A stretch of 64,000 nt of DNA, taken from NCBI GenBank assembly GCA_016213785.1, contig JACQZQ010000011.1, forward strand, positions 518 through 64,517, given 5' to 3'. Under the pieces are notes generated by a model. It was given only the letters and a program-made list of their open reading frames with translations, had not been told where the DNA came from and made no database searches. This DNA comes from Acidobacteriota bacterium. GTDB lineage: Bacteria; Acidobacteriota; Blastocatellia; Chloracidobacteriales; JADJPF01. Shown here piece by piece: positions 7,633 to 17,855 of the stretch. A program made the position numbers and the translations under genes. Every line of letters starts with the position of its first letter. The first letter of the stretch is position 1.

Positions 7633-9738
7633 ATGGCTAAAACAACAAAAACACAACTTATTGATCAACTAGTTAAACAAGAAAAACACTTGCAGGATGT
7701 AGTTTCTGAATTAGAAAAGTTAAAGACTAGTTCAGAAGAGCGTACTCAGTCAGAAACAAAGTTTTTTTCCTTACTTGAGTCTGCTCCTGATGCAATTATT
7801 ATTGTTGATTCTGAGGGTAAAATTAGTATTACTAACTCTCAAGCAGAAAAATTATTTGGCTATACTAGGGCGGAATTATTAGGCCAACCTTTAGAAATCT
7901 TAGTTCCTAAAAAATACCATCATAACCATACTCAACATAGAAAAAATTATTTTAATGATCCGCATACTCGCCCAATGGGAGCAGGTCTTGATCTTCAAGG
8001 TTTACACAAAGATGGCCGTCAATTTCCTGTAGAAATTAGCTTAAGTCCCCTAAAAACAGATGAAGGAGTATTGGTTACAAGTATTATTAGAGATATTACT
8101 GAGCGTAAGCGTTCAGAAGAGGCTCTTAAACGTGCTCATGATGAGTTGGAAAAAAGAGTTGAAGAAAGAACATCTGAGCTTTCTTCTACAAATAAGATGC
8201 TAAAAGAGCAATTTGAGGAACTAAAACGTGCTGAGACACAAATTCGTGAACAAGCTGCATTGCTTGATAAAACCCAAGATGCAATTTTAGTTCAAGATAT
8301 GGAGGATAAAATAATTTTTTGGAATAAAAGCGCAGAAGGTCTTTATGGATGGACTAGAAAAGAAGCACTTGGACAAACAGCTGAAAAACTACTCTTTGGA
8401 AAATATGATAGTTATGCTCAAGAAGCCTTAAAAACTGTTATGGCTAAAGAAGAATGGCGAGGAGAGCTAAAAAATATTACTAAAGATGAAAAAGAAATTA
8501 CTGTAGAAAGTCGTTGGACGCTAGTAAAAGATGAAACAGGCAAGCCAAAAGCAAAACTTGTAGTTAATACAGATATAACAGAGAAAAAACGTTTAGCTGC
8601 TCAATTTTTGCGAGCTCAAAGAATGGAAAGTATTGGAACACTAGCTAGTGGGATTGCTCATGACTTAAATAATGCTCTTACACCTGTTCTTATGGCTGTA
8701 CAAATTTTAAGAGAAAGATTTGCAGATGAAGAAAGCCAATTTCTCTTAAATATTCTTACTGCTGGGGCTGAACGTGGCGCAGATATGGTTAAACAGGTAC
8801 TTTCCTTTGCTCGTGGTGTAGAAGGCAATCGTGTAGTACTACAACCAAAACATTTTATTAATGAGATTAAAAAAATTATTGCTCAAACCCTACCTAAATC
8901 TATACAAATAGACACTTTTGTGGTCAAGGACTTATGGCCTGTAATTGGTGATGCTACTCAACTTTATCAAGTCCTCTTAAATCTTTGTGTTAATGCCCGT
9001 GATGCTATGCCTCAAGGAGGAAAACTTACTATTAGCGCTGAAAATATAGTTTTAGATGAAAGCTATGTACGAATGCATTTAGACGCTAAACCTGGGCAAT
9101 ATGTCTTGGTTAATGTTACTGATACTGGAATAGGTATTGCTCCTAGCTTAGTAGATAAAATTTTTGAGCCATTTTTTACTACTAAGGAAGTCGGTAAAGG
9201 CACTGGGCTTGGGCTTTCTACTGTATCAGCCATTGTAAAGAGTCATGATGGGTTTGTTGAAGTTTATAGTGAAGTAGGTAGAGGTACAAGGTTTAAGGTC
9301 TTTATACCTTCTGCTCCACAAGTTATGGGACAACACCTAGATATTAAGCAAACTAAATTAGTTCTAGGACAAGGCGAAACAGTTTTAGTTGTAGATGATG
9401 AAATTTCTATCCGCGAGATTACTAGAGCTACTTTAGAAAAATATGGCTATTCAGTTATTGTAGCAAGCGATGGAACAGAAGCCTTAGCCATTTATGCTAA
9501 GCTTTCATCGGGTATTTCCGCGGTAATTGTTGATATGATGATGCCTTATTTAGATGGAGTCTCAACCATTAGAGCATTACAAAGGTTAAATGTTGATGTG
9601 AAAATAATTGCTTCTAGTGGTTTGAGTTCAGATGTGAAAGCTACAGAAGCTATTTCTGTAGGTGCAAAGGCTTTTTTAGCTAAACCCTATACAACAGAAA
9701 AATTACTAGAAATATTACATAATGTCATTCATAAGTAG
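7633..9738 (+). CDS. hybrid sensor histidine kinase (coiled coil, 2 PAS, HisKA, HATPase, REC)
   Basis: H-box GIAHDLNNALT, N-box NLCVNARDAM, G-boxes DTGIGI and GTGLGLS. The C-terminal receiver has VVDDE, VIVDMMMP and LAKP. Confidence 0.9.
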   Translation: MAKTTKTQLIDQLVKQEKHLQDVVSELEKLKTSSEERTQSETKFFSLLESAPDAIIIVDSEGKISITNSQAEKLFGYTRAELLGQPLEILVPKKYHHNHTQHRKNYFNDPHTRPMGAGLDLQGLHKDGRQFPVEISLSPLKTDEGVLVTSIIRDITERKRSEEALKRAHDELEKRVEERTSELSSTNKMLKEQFEELKRAETQIREQAALLDKTQDAILVQDMEDKIIFWNKSAEGLYGWTRKEALGQTAEKLLFGKYDSYAQEALKTVMAKEEWRGELKNITKDEKEITVESRWTLVKDETGKPKAKLVVNTDITEKKRLAAQFLRAQRMESIGTLASGIAHDLNNALTPVLMAVQILRERFADEESQFLLNILTAGAERGADMVKQVLSFARGVEGNRVVLQPKHFINEIKKIIAQTLPKSIQIDTFVVKDLWPVIGDATQLYQVLLNLCVNARDAMPQGGKLTISAENIVLDESYVRMHLDAKPGQYVLVNVTDTGIGIAPSLVDKIFEPFFTTKEVGKGTGLGLSTVSAIVKSHDGFVEVYSEVGRGTRFKVFIPSAPQVMGQHLDIKQTKLVLGQGETVLVVDDEISIREITRATLEKYGYSVIVASDGTEALAIYAKLSSGISAVIVDMMMPYLDGVSTIRALQRLNVDVKIIASSGLSSDVKATEAISVGAKAFLAKPYTTEKLLEILHNVIHK

Positions 9739-9827
9739 GTTTAATATATTGTGACAGTTAAAAAAGCGCACATGGTTAGGTTTTCAGAAACACTAAACAG
9801 GTTTATTTTGTAAACATTTAAGAGGGA

Positions 9828-10727
9828 CTAAATTAAAAATTCGCCTTTAGCCATTAAAATAACATCGCCGCCAACTTTGATAGAACTAATTAGGTTGTCT
9901 GAGACTTCAAAGGTAGTAGTAAGTTTGCTAGGGCGACCAACTTGATAGCCTTGTTCTGCTGAAATGCGATATTTAAGCCCTCGTTTAAGTAGATTATTCT
10001 TAAAAAGGTAAACTGCAAGTGGGCCTTGGGCTGAACCTGTAGCAGGGTCTTCATTTATTCCAAGTCCTGGGAAAAAGGCTCTAACATGAACTTGTGAACC
10101 TGCTTCAACTGTTTCTGTAGAAAAGCAAATCAGGCCTTCTACATTTAGTTTTGAAAACAAGGCTTCTAGTAGTGCTCCGTTTGGACGGGCACGTTCTAGA
10201 GCACGCATTGACTTTATAGGTACAATAAAAAATGAAACTGCATTAGCAAAAATTTCTGGACTATAAGGCGCTATGTCATCACTGGTTAAACAAATACTAG
10301 CAGCAATTGTAGAAAGATCTGATACCGTTCCACGTGATTGCGGCACAGGCTGTTCCATAATAGCTTTACCTCTTTGTGAGTCTTTTAACTCTACAAAAAC
10401 ACGTACTAGACCAGCTTTTAGCTCAAGTACCATAGTTTGATCTTTAGATAATTTAACTGCTCCAGTTGCAGCAAGTAAAAAAGCTGTTCCTAAAGTAGGA
10501 TGACCTGCAAAAGGGAGTTCTATGGTAGGAGTAAAAATCCTAACAGCAGCACTAGCTTCAGAGGATTTTGGAGGTAATACAAATGTAGTTTCTGAATAGT
10601 TCATCTCTCTTGCTAATTGGGAGAAACGATTTCTAGGAATATCTGCGGCATCAGGAAAAACAGCTAATTGATTGCCAGCAAAGATTTTAGGTGCAAAAAC
10701 ATCCAAAATATAAAATTTCATCGGCAT
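9828..10727 (-). CDS. PhzF-family isomerase-like protein
   Basis: The N-terminal FYILDVFA...GNQLAVF and overall length are typical of the PhzF/YddE family. Confidence 0.85.
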   Translation of the reverse strand: MPMKFYILDVFAPKIFAGNQLAVFPDAADIPRNRFSQLAREMNYSETTFVLPPKSSEASAAVRIFTPTIELPFAGHPTLGTAFLLAATGAVKLSKDQTMVLELKAGLVRVFVELKDSQRGKAIMEQPVPQSRGTVSDLSTIAASICLTSDDIAPYSPEIFANAVSFFIVPIKSMRALERARPNGALLEALFSKLNVEGLICFSTETVEAGSQVHVRAFFPGLGINEDPATGSAQGPLAVYLFKNNLLKRGLKYRISAEQGYQVGRPSKLTTTFEVSDNLISSIKVGGDVILMAKGEFLI

Positions 10728-10841
10728 ATGTTTTGATTTCCTTTTGCGGCTTAGGCATAAGCTTGTATTCTAACTTTTTTCTATAGAAAGATAAACTACT
10801 AACAAAAATAAACTTTAATGGGGTTATTAAGGTAATTTTTT

Positions 10842-11534
10842 ATGACAGATAAATTAATAAAAATAAATGTCTTATTCTTTGGCGCTTGTAGAGAAATTGT
10901 AGGCTCAGGTGAAATAAGCTTTTCTTTACCAGAAAGCTCTAGTATTTCTACTGCCCTTGCAAAGTTAAAGCAAGATTATCCAAACTTAGAAAAACTTTCC
11001 GATAGACTGCTTTTTGCTTTAAATGAAAGTTATGCAACTAAAGAGCAAACTCTAAATCAAGGCGATAAACTAGCAATTTTTCCTCCCGTATCAGGAGGAG
11101 AAGATATTGAAAAATCAGATATTTATGAGCTTACATATAAAGAAATTAATTCCCGTGAACTTGCCTTAAAAGTTATTGAGTCAAAAGATGGTGCAGTAGT
11201 AACTTTTGATGGAATAACTAGAGATAATAATAAAGGTAAGACAGTTCTTTTTCTTGAATATGAAGCCTATGAAACAATGGCGCTTAAAATAATGAAAGAA
11301 ATTGCCGAAGAAGCTCGCTTAAAGTGGCCTATTAATAAAATTGCTTTAGTACATCGCTTAGGCCGTGTTGATATTAGTCAAACAAGTGTTGCTATTATTG
11401 TTACTTCTGCTCATCGCAAACCTGCTTTTGAAGCTTGCCATTTTCTAATAGATCGTCTTAAACAAATAGTCCCTATTTGGAAACGAGAATATTTTGAAGA
11501 TGGCGCTATTTGGGTTGATCCTCAATTACAATAG
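10842..11534 (+). CDS. fused molybdopterin synthase, MoaD (sulfur carrier) plus MoaE (catalytic subunit)
   Basis: The MoaD-like N-terminus ends in PPVSGG at about aa 85. The MoaE motifs follow: HRLGRVDI..SVAIIVTSAHRKPAFEAC...IVPIWKREYF. Confidence 0.85.
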   Translation: MTDKLIKINVLFFGACREIVGSGEISFSLPESSSISTALAKLKQDYPNLEKLSDRLLFALNESYATKEQTLNQGDKLAIFPPVSGGEDIEKSDIYELTYKEINSRELALKVIESKDGAVVTFDGITRDNNKGKTVLFLEYEAYETMALKIMKEIAEEARLKWPINKIALVHRLGRVDISQTSVAIIVTSAHRKPAFEACHFLIDRLKQIVPIWKREYFEDGAIWVDPQLQ

Positions 11535-11566
11535 TCTTTAAACCTAGATAAATAATAGGATTAAAT

Positions 11567-12850
11567 ATGGTCACGGTTATTAAGATTCTTTTTCAAATGA
11601 TCTTTAGGCTGTTTTTTACTGTTGAATATTATGGAATAGAAAATATTCCTAAAACAGGTGCGGCTGTTTTAGCAGGTAATCACCCTAGCTATCTTGATCC
11701 AGCCTTAATATATGCTGTTTCAGAAAGACCAGTAAGATTTTTAGCCTGGGATAAAATATTTACTATTCCTCTCTTAGGACTTATTGTAAGGAGTTTTGGA
11801 GCAATACCAGTAAATCTTAGTAAAAAAGACTCTAATGCTTTTGAACAGGCTATGAAAGTCTTAGCTAATGGTGATTTGATTGCTCTATTTCCTGAAGGCC
11901 AACGCTCTCAACAAGGCTATATGGAAAAGCTTAAGTCTGGTGCTGCGCGTATGGCAATTTTTAATAAATGTCCTATTGTTCCAATCACAATTACAGGTGC
12001 TTATGAAGCTTGGCCTGTAACAAGATTTTTGCCACGACTACGTAAAATAACTGTTAAATTTCACGAACCAATTATCCTTGATAAAGAAGAATGTGAGCGA
12101 AGGGGTGATGATCATAATTTTTTTGATGAGATAACAGAAAAATGGCGTGATATTGTTGATACTAGGCTTGTTCCAGGCTTAAAAGCTCAAGAATCTCTTA
12201 ATAGACATTTTGCACGCCCTGCTTCACACCTACGTATTTTTGAAGCTGTCCCAATAGGTGCCTATTTAATTCTCTTATTTCCAATACTTTTATTTAACCG
12301 TATTTCTTTGATTTGGCTAACTTTACCTATGCTAGCCTATTATGGCTATATAGTTCTTGATATTTTAGTCTTAAAACAAGGTAGAAAAAGTAAAATTATT
12401 CGTGATTTAGCTAGCCCGTTTTTAATGCTCTCGCTCTATCCTATAATAGTTAAAGCCTTAGCCGTAAAAGTTACAGCTTTTGAAAGTTTAGTAGTTCTTA
12501 CAATTGGGATTTGTCTACCTTACTATTGGACAAATTACTATGACACTCAAAGGTTTTTACGTGGCCTAGTTATGACTTATTACTTAAGTTTTGCAATACA
12601 AATCCTTAAACCTGCCGAGTTTGGCCTACACTGGTCAATAACAGTTTTTGCACTAGGTTATGCACTTTATCATAGGTCTTTATTTTGGTATTTCCAAGCT
12701 ATATTAATTGCTCTTTATGGAGCTTTTGTTTATTGGATAATGGGTGATATGGCAATATATAACCATTATTTCTATGCTCTACTAGGAATATTAGCTAATA
12801 TTTATATATTAATTTTTAAGTTTACTGCTCATGATGGTAGAGTGGTTTAG
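11567..12850 (+). CDS. PlsC-type 1-acyl-sn-glycerol-3-phosphate acyltransferase with an extra C-terminal polytopic membrane domain
   Basis: HX4D motif (NHPSYLDP) and FPEGQRS motif are present. About 200 additional C-terminal residues carry several hydrophobic helices. Confidence 0.8.
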   Translation: MVTVIKILFQMIFRLFFTVEYYGIENIPKTGAAVLAGNHPSYLDPALIYAVSERPVRFLAWDKIFTIPLLGLIVRSFGAIPVNLSKKDSNAFEQAMKVLANGDLIALFPEGQRSQQGYMEKLKSGAARMAIFNKCPIVPITITGAYEAWPVTRFLPRLRKITVKFHEPIILDKEECERRGDDHNFFDEITEKWRDIVDTRLVPGLKAQESLNRHFARPASHLRIFEAVPIGAYLILLFPILLFNRISLIWLTLPMLAYYGYIVLDILVLKQGRKSKIIRDLASPFLMLSLYPIIVKALAVKVTAFESLVVLTIGICLPYYWTNYYDTQRFLRGLVMTYYLSFAIQILKPAEFGLHWSITVFALGYALYHRSLFWYFQAILIALYGAFVYWIMGDMAIYNHYFYALLGILANIYILIFKFTAHDGRVV

Positions 12851-12894
12851 CAAAGCTAATAGACAGAGATTAATCTTAAAACTAAGACCTTAAA

Positions 12895-13761
12895 ATGATT
12901 ACCAAAGCTAAAAGATATACTTTATCACTTCCAAATAAAACTTTAACCTTAGGTGAGAAAACCCTAGTAATGGGGATTCTTAATATTACGCCAGACTCAT
13001 TTTCTGATGGAGGAAAGTTTTTAAATACAGAAAAAGCTATTTCTAGGGCTTTAGAAATAGAATTAGAAGGTGCAGACATCCTAGATATAGGAGCAGAATC
13101 TTCTCGTCCTAATGCTGAGCCTGTTAGCCTAGCAGAAGAACTTAAGCGAGTTCTACCAGTAATTGAGGGCTTAAAAGGTATATTAAAAATTCCTATATCA
13201 ATTGATACTTATAAAGCAGAAGTAGCTAAAGAAGCTTTAGCTAAAGGAGCAGAGCTAGTTAATGATATTAGTGCTTTACGCTTTGATGAAAATATGGGTA
13301 GAGTCGTAGCAGATTTTGGTGCAGCTCTTTGCTTAATGCATATGCGAGGAAGTCCAAAAAATATGCAGCAACTTCCATTTAGTAATAATATTTTAGAGGA
13401 AATCCAAAAAGACCTTGCTTTTGCTATTGAGCAAGCTGAAAACTTAGGTATCAACTCTAGTCAGATTATTTTAGATCCTGGTATAGGTTTTGGAAAAAAC
13501 CTAACAGATAACTTAAAGATTTTAGCTAATCTTTCTTTTTTAGAAAAATTTAATTTACCAATTCTTATTGGTACTTCTAGGAAGTCTTTTATTGGTCAAA
13601 TATTAAATAATTTAGAATCTGATCGTCTTATGGGAACCGCTGCAAGCGTTACAGCGGCTATTTTGCAAGGTGTTCATATTATAAGAGTTCATGATGTGGC
13701 ACAAATGGTAGAAGTAGCTAAAATTACTGATGCTATAGCAAATCAAAATAATGAAATATAA
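12895..13761 (+). CDS. folP: dihydropteroate synthase
   Basis: GILNITPDSFSDGG, DIGAESSRP, VNDISA and GIGFGK motifs. Confidence 0.92.
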   Translation: MITKAKRYTLSLPNKTLTLGEKTLVMGILNITPDSFSDGGKFLNTEKAISRALEIELEGADILDIGAESSRPNAEPVSLAEELKRVLPVIEGLKGILKIPISIDTYKAEVAKEALAKGAELVNDISALRFDENMGRVVADFGAALCLMHMRGSPKNMQQLPFSNNILEEIQKDLAFAIEQAENLGINSSQIILDPGIGFGKNLTDNLKILANLSFLEKFNLPILIGTSRKSFIGQILNNLESDRLMGTAASVTAAILQGVHIIRVHDVAQMVEVAKITDAIANQNNEI

Positions 13762-14869
13762 ATCACAAAAAGTAGAAATCTTTCGTATTTGGGGTATTCC
13801 TGTATGTCTAGATTATAGTTGGTTTGCCATTTTTTTTGCCTATAGCTGGACAATTGCAGTAATCTACCTACCAAGTACTGCTCCAAAAATGCCAAAACCC
13901 CTTTATTGGGGATTAGGTATAGTTACTTCGTTACTTGTTTTTTTTTCTATTTTAGCTCATGAGCTTGGACATTCACTTGCAGCCCGTCAAGAACAAATTA
14001 AGATTAATAATATTACCTTACATATTTTTGGAGGGCTTGCTAGTTTAGAACATGAGCCAAAAACCCCACTAGCAGAATTAAGAGTAGCTATTGCAGGGCC
14101 AATAGCTAGCTTTATACTAGCTTTATTTTTTTATCTACTTGCAGAAGTTCTATTAAAGTCTTTTTCACCAGTAGTTTATCAAGCTATTTTACATTTAGGG
14201 ACATTTAATTTTCTAGTGGCTTGTTTTAATTTGTTACCAGGTTTTCCGCTAGATGGTGGCCGAGTCCTAAGAGCCATTCTATGGAGCTTTGATAAAAGCT
14301 ATGAAAACGCTACTCGTTTAACTATTATTTTTAGTATTTTCTTTTCTGTTTCTTTAGTAGTTATTGGACTAGTAAATCTCCTAGGTAATTATAATTTATT
14401 GGTAGGTTTTTGGATTCTACTAGCGGGCTTTTTATTACTTAGGTTTGTTTATAAAACTTCTCCAGAGATTTTATTTACCCCGTCTAATACTCAAACTGTA
14501 ACTAGTGGCACATTTAAGCAAAAACTAGTTAAAGAGTTTGTAAATAAGAACTTAGTTTCAATAACTCCAAACCTTACAATTTCTCAAGCACTAAAAATTT
14601 GTCAAACCCATTCATTAAAAACTATTGCTGTAATACAAGCACAACAACTACATGGAATTTTATTTGTTACAGATGCAGAAAAATTGACAGACCAAAATAC
14701 TACTTTGGCTTATCAAGTTATGAGACCTGTAACGCCTAAGCATTTTGTTACCTTAGATTTATCTATGGATCAAGCTAAAATAGAGTTAAATAATAATGGG
14801 TTAGGATATGTGCTAGTAATAGATAGTAATAGTTTAGTAGTTGGTTTTTTAAGTGGTGATAATTCTTAA
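13751..14869 (+). CDS. site-2 protease family (M50) metalloprotease with C-terminal CBS-like region
   Basis: HELGH zinc motif and NLLPGFPLDGGR motif are present. It overlaps the folP 3' end by 11 nt. Confidence 0.85.
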   Translation: MKYKSQKVEIFRIWGIPVCLDYSWFAIFFAYSWTIAVIYLPSTAPKMPKPLYWGLGIVTSLLVFFSILAHELGHSLAARQEQIKINNITLHIFGGLASLEHEPKTPLAELRVAIAGPIASFILALFFYLLAEVLLKSFSPVVYQAILHLGTFNFLVACFNLLPGFPLDGGRVLRAILWSFDKSYENATRLTIIFSIFFSVSLVVIGLVNLLGNYNLLVGFWILLAGFLLLRFVYKTSPEILFTPSNTQTVTSGTFKQKLVKEFVNKNLVSITPNLTISQALKICQTHSLKTIAVIQAQQLHGILFVTDAEKLTDQNTTLAYQVMRPVTPKHFVTLDLSMDQAKIELNNNGLGYVLVIDSNSLVVGFLSGDNS

Positions 14870-14899
14870 GCTAAGTGGTTTGAGTAGAATATCAAAATT

Positions 14900-14931
14900 A
14901 AAAAAGCACAGGAAATATTCCTGTGCTTTTT
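14900..14931. terminator. bidirectional intrinsic terminator
   Basis: Stem gcacaggaa / ttcctgtgc is flanked by an A6 run upstream and a T5 run downstream, between convergent genes. Confidence 0.7.
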
Positions 14932-14956
14932 AGTTAATGATGTTTTGTGCTTTTAG

Positions 14957-16213
14957 TTAACGTCTTTGAGGCTGGTTTCTAATTATAGGTTGTTGATTTT
15001 CTTGTTGTTGTTTTCTAAATTGTTCTTGTTGACGTAGTATGGCTTCTCGCTGTTTTTGCATTAACTCATTCATCATCTTAAAGTTCTGTTGCTGAATTTG
15101 TTTACTACGTTCAATATCTTCAGGAGTTTGTCCTAATACACCATTATTAGCATTTTGATTTTGCAATGCATCAGTTAAGTTTACAGTGCCATTAGGATCA
15201 ACATAGGTATTGCCATTTTCATAGAATTGGGCTTGTTCATAGTAGTTTTGAACAGCATTATTAGCATTGTTACTAGCCGTATTAGTTGCATTTAGTTGTT
15301 CGCTTTTCATTTTTACAGGCCAAGTAACACCTATAGCTTGTTTAATATCCTTTAACTCTATTTGGTTTTTATTAATAGAAATAACTTCCCAATTAGTATC
15401 ATCAGCAGATTTAACAAATGGAGCTACAATATCTTTTACTCTAATAATTTGCGTAGGTTTAGCCGCATCATTTTCTGCTAAAACAGCACAGATCTGACCT
15501 TTATTATCAGTAAACTGACCAACCATCTTAAAAATAGCTGATGGATCTTTAGGTGTATCTACTCTAATTGCTAAAGTGTTAGAAAACTCATCCGCTTCTT
15601 GCCCACGTTTTTTAAGTTGAAATTGTAACTGTCCTGGGTTTGCAAAATAATTTGCTGGAACATTAGCCCGCACTTCAGTATCGTTTACAAAAATTGTTTT
15701 AGAAAAACTAGGATTACCACCCAAGTAAATCATCATATCATCAGTAAGATTTGTTCCACGAATCACCACATCAAAAGTTTTAGTTTTTGCAAAAACAGAT
15801 GTTGGACTAATGGTATTTATTCTTATTGTTGCTGGTTTTGGTGGTGGTAGTGGTGGTGGTGGTGGTGGTGGTGGATATTCAAAAGGATTGCGAAGACCAT
15901 TAGCCGAACCATTAGCTTTATTTTCTAAAGCCTTAAGGTCTAATTGGTTTGGAATAGTTTGATCAACAGCTTGTTGAAGATTTGAGGGTTCTTTAGTATT
16001 TGTGGCATTATTTGCTGTTAATTGGCTAGCTGGAATACGGTTTTTATATTTATCCTCAGTAGTAACAGGTTCTTTAACAGGAGGTAAATTAGATGCAGCA
16101 AAATATTGGTAAATTAGAATTAGTGCTACTGCACCACATAGTACCCCTAAAATAGTAAATTTTTTCTGAACACTTTGTTGGGAATTATCAACTTTTTTTC
16201 TAGATGTATTCAT
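14957..16213 (-). CDS. membrane-anchored protein with poly-Pro tract, IPT/TIG-like segment and Q/N-rich C-terminus
   Basis: N-terminal TM helix (FTILGVLCGAVALILIY), then PPPPPPPPLPPPKP. A beta-rich segment resembles IPT/TIG (ISPTSVFAKTKTFDVVIRGTNL). The tail is Gln/Asn-rich. The domain calls are tentative. Confidence 0.5.
   Translation of the reverse strand: MNTSRKKVDNSQQSVQKKFTILGVLCGAVALILIYQYFAASNLPPVKEPVTTEDKYKNRIPASQLTANNATNTKEPSNLQQAVDQTIPNQLDLKALENKANGSANGLRNPFEYPPPPPPPPLPPPKPATIRINTISPTSVFAKTKTFDVVIRGTNLTDDMMIYLGGNPSFSKTIFVNDTEVRANVPANYFANPGQLQFQLKKRGQEADEFSNTLAIRVDTPKDPSAIFKMVGQFTDNKGQICAVLAENDAAKPTQIIRVKDIVAPFVKSADDTNWEVISINKNQIELKDIKQAIGVTWPVKMKSEQLNATNTASNNANNAVQNYYEQAQFYENGNTYVDPNGTVNLTDALQNQNANNGVLGQTPEDIERSKQIQQQNFKMMNELMQKQREAILRQQEQFRKQQQENQQPIIRNQPQRR
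15840..15874 (-). repeat. (GGT)n trinucleotide tract encoding the poly-Pro run
   Basis: Eleven consecutive GGT units with one AGT interruption on the + strand. They read as CCA/CCT Pro codons on the coding strand. Confidence 0.9.
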
Positions 16214-16400
16214 AATTTTTTTAATACCACAGTTTTATAGGTTAGGATGAAACTTTTGCAGCTACTTAGCAATAGCCCACAAATTTTGATAATAACTATG
16301 TATGCCAGTAACTGCAACCGATTTCTTCTTTAGGTTGCACGCGTTAGAGGATTGTTGGTTCCAGAAATATTTAAAACTTTCAGCTAAAATTCAGAAATCT

Positions 16401-16431
16401 TAGAAATACGGCCATTCTAGCCGCATTTCTA
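16401..16431 (-). terminator. possible terminator hairpin downstream of lpd
   Basis: 11-12 bp stem with one A/C mismatch (tagaaatacggc / gccgcatttcta) and a 7-nt loop. The downstream T-tract on the minus strand is weak. Confidence 0.35.
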
Positions 16432-16454
16432 GTTTTTAATAGTGAAACCCTAAT

Positions 16455-17855
16455 TTAGAAATTGATCATATGACCAACTAAACCATGAGCGGCTTCTTTT
16501 ACAGCTTCGCTTAAAGTTGGGTGAGCATGGACATTACGAGCAACTTCTTCGGCTGTTAGATCCCATTTTTGAGCTAATGTTAATTCTGGTAGTAGTTCTG
16601 TAACATCAGGGCCTATTAGATGGCCGCCTAATAATTCACCATATTTCTTATCACTAATTAGCTTAACAAACCCAGTAGCATCACCTAAGCCATGAGCTTT
16701 ACCATTAGCTTGGAACGGGAATTTAGCTACTTGGACATCATAGCCTTTTTCACGAGCTTGTTTTTCAGTATAACCAAAGCTAGCCACTTGAGGTTGGCAA
16801 TAAGTAGCACGTGGCATCATATCAAAATCTAGTTCAATAGTTTCAGCCCCTACGATATTTTCAGCAGCAATTATTCCCATACTTTCAGCTACATGAGCAA
16901 GCATTAATTTAGCTGTTACATCGCCAATAGCATAAATATGAGCAACATTAGTTTGCATTTTATTATTAATTGCAATTGCTCCACGATCAGTTAATTTTAC
17001 TCCTGTATTTTCTAGTCCATAGCCTTCTACGCGAGGCTTAAACCCAATTGCTTGCAAGACTTTATCAGCTTCTAGGGTTTCTTGTGCACCATCACCTTTA
17101 GTTACTGTTACACGGACATTTGAACCTGTATCTTCAATTTTATCAACACGAGTTTTAGTCATTATTTTAATGCCACTACGCTCATATTGTTTTTTAAGCT
17201 CTGCTGAAACTTCTTCGTCTTCTAAAGGAACTACACGGTCTAAAAATTCTACGATAGTCACATCTACATCGTAGTTTTTCATTACATAAGCAAACTCTAC
17301 TCCAATTGCACCAGCACCAGCTATGATAATGCTATTAGGTAAGTGTTCTGTCATAATTTGCTCTTCATAAGTAACAACTCTTTCACTTAGTTTTGAGCCT
17401 GGGATTAAGCGAGTAGTAGAGCCAGTAGCAATAATACAATGCTTAAATTTTAAGGTTTCTTCTCCACCTTTATTTAATTTAACGTTCATTGTGTGGGGAT
17501 CAGTAAAGTTTGCCCAGCCTTCATATTCATCAATTTTATTTTTACGCATAAGGAAATGTACGCCTTTAACACGACCATCAGCAACTTTACGGCTACGGCG
17601 GAAGGCTTCACCAAAATCAAAAGTAACTTTACCTTCTACTTTAATACCAAAGGTTTTAGCTTCTTTCTTAAAAATATGTGCTAATTCTGCATTTCTAAGC
17701 AATGCTTTAGAAGGAATACAACCAACATTTAAGCAAACACCACCCCAATATTGTTTTTCTACAATAGCAGTTTTTAACCCTAATTGACTGGCTCGAATGG
17801 CTGCTACATACCCTCCTGGGCCTGCACCCAGTACAATAACGTCATACTCTTTCAC
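16455..17855 (-). CDS. lpdA: dihydrolipoyl dehydrogenase (E3 component)
   Basis: GAGPGGY FAD site and redox disulfide [11 protein letters not shown] chose the GTG at 17855 because aggaggg lies about 8 nt upstream. The 44 extra codons of the track ORF (to 17987) have no homology-like content. Confidence 0.9.
   Translation of the reverse strand: MKEYDVIVLGAGPGGYVAAIRASQLGLKTAIVEKQYWGGVCLNVGCIPSKALLRNAELAHIFKKEAKTFGIKVEGKVTFDFGEAFRRSRKVADGRVKGVHFLMRKNKIDEYEGWANFTDPHTMNVKLNKGGEETLKFKHCIIATGSTTRLIPGSKLSERVVTYEEQIMTEHLPNSIIIAGAGAIGVEFAYVMKNYDVDVTIVEFLDRVVPLEDEEVSAELKKQYERSGIKIMTKTRVDKIEDTGSNVRVTVTKGDGAQETLEADKVLQAIGFKPRVEGYGLENTGVKLTDRGAIAINNKMQTNVAHIYAIGDVTAKLMLAHVAESMGIIAAENIVGAETIELDFDMMPRATYCQPQVASFGYTEKQAREKGYDVQVAKFPFQANGKAHGLGDATGFVKLISDKKYGELLGGHLIGPDVTELLPELTLAQKWDLTAEEVARNVHAHPTLSEAVKEAAHGLVGHMINF

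Noticed and set aside
10728-10841. Possible Moco riboswitch upstream of the MoaD-MoaE fusion.
   Set aside because: The intergenic region is only 114 nt and shows none of the conserved Moco-motif helices by eye.
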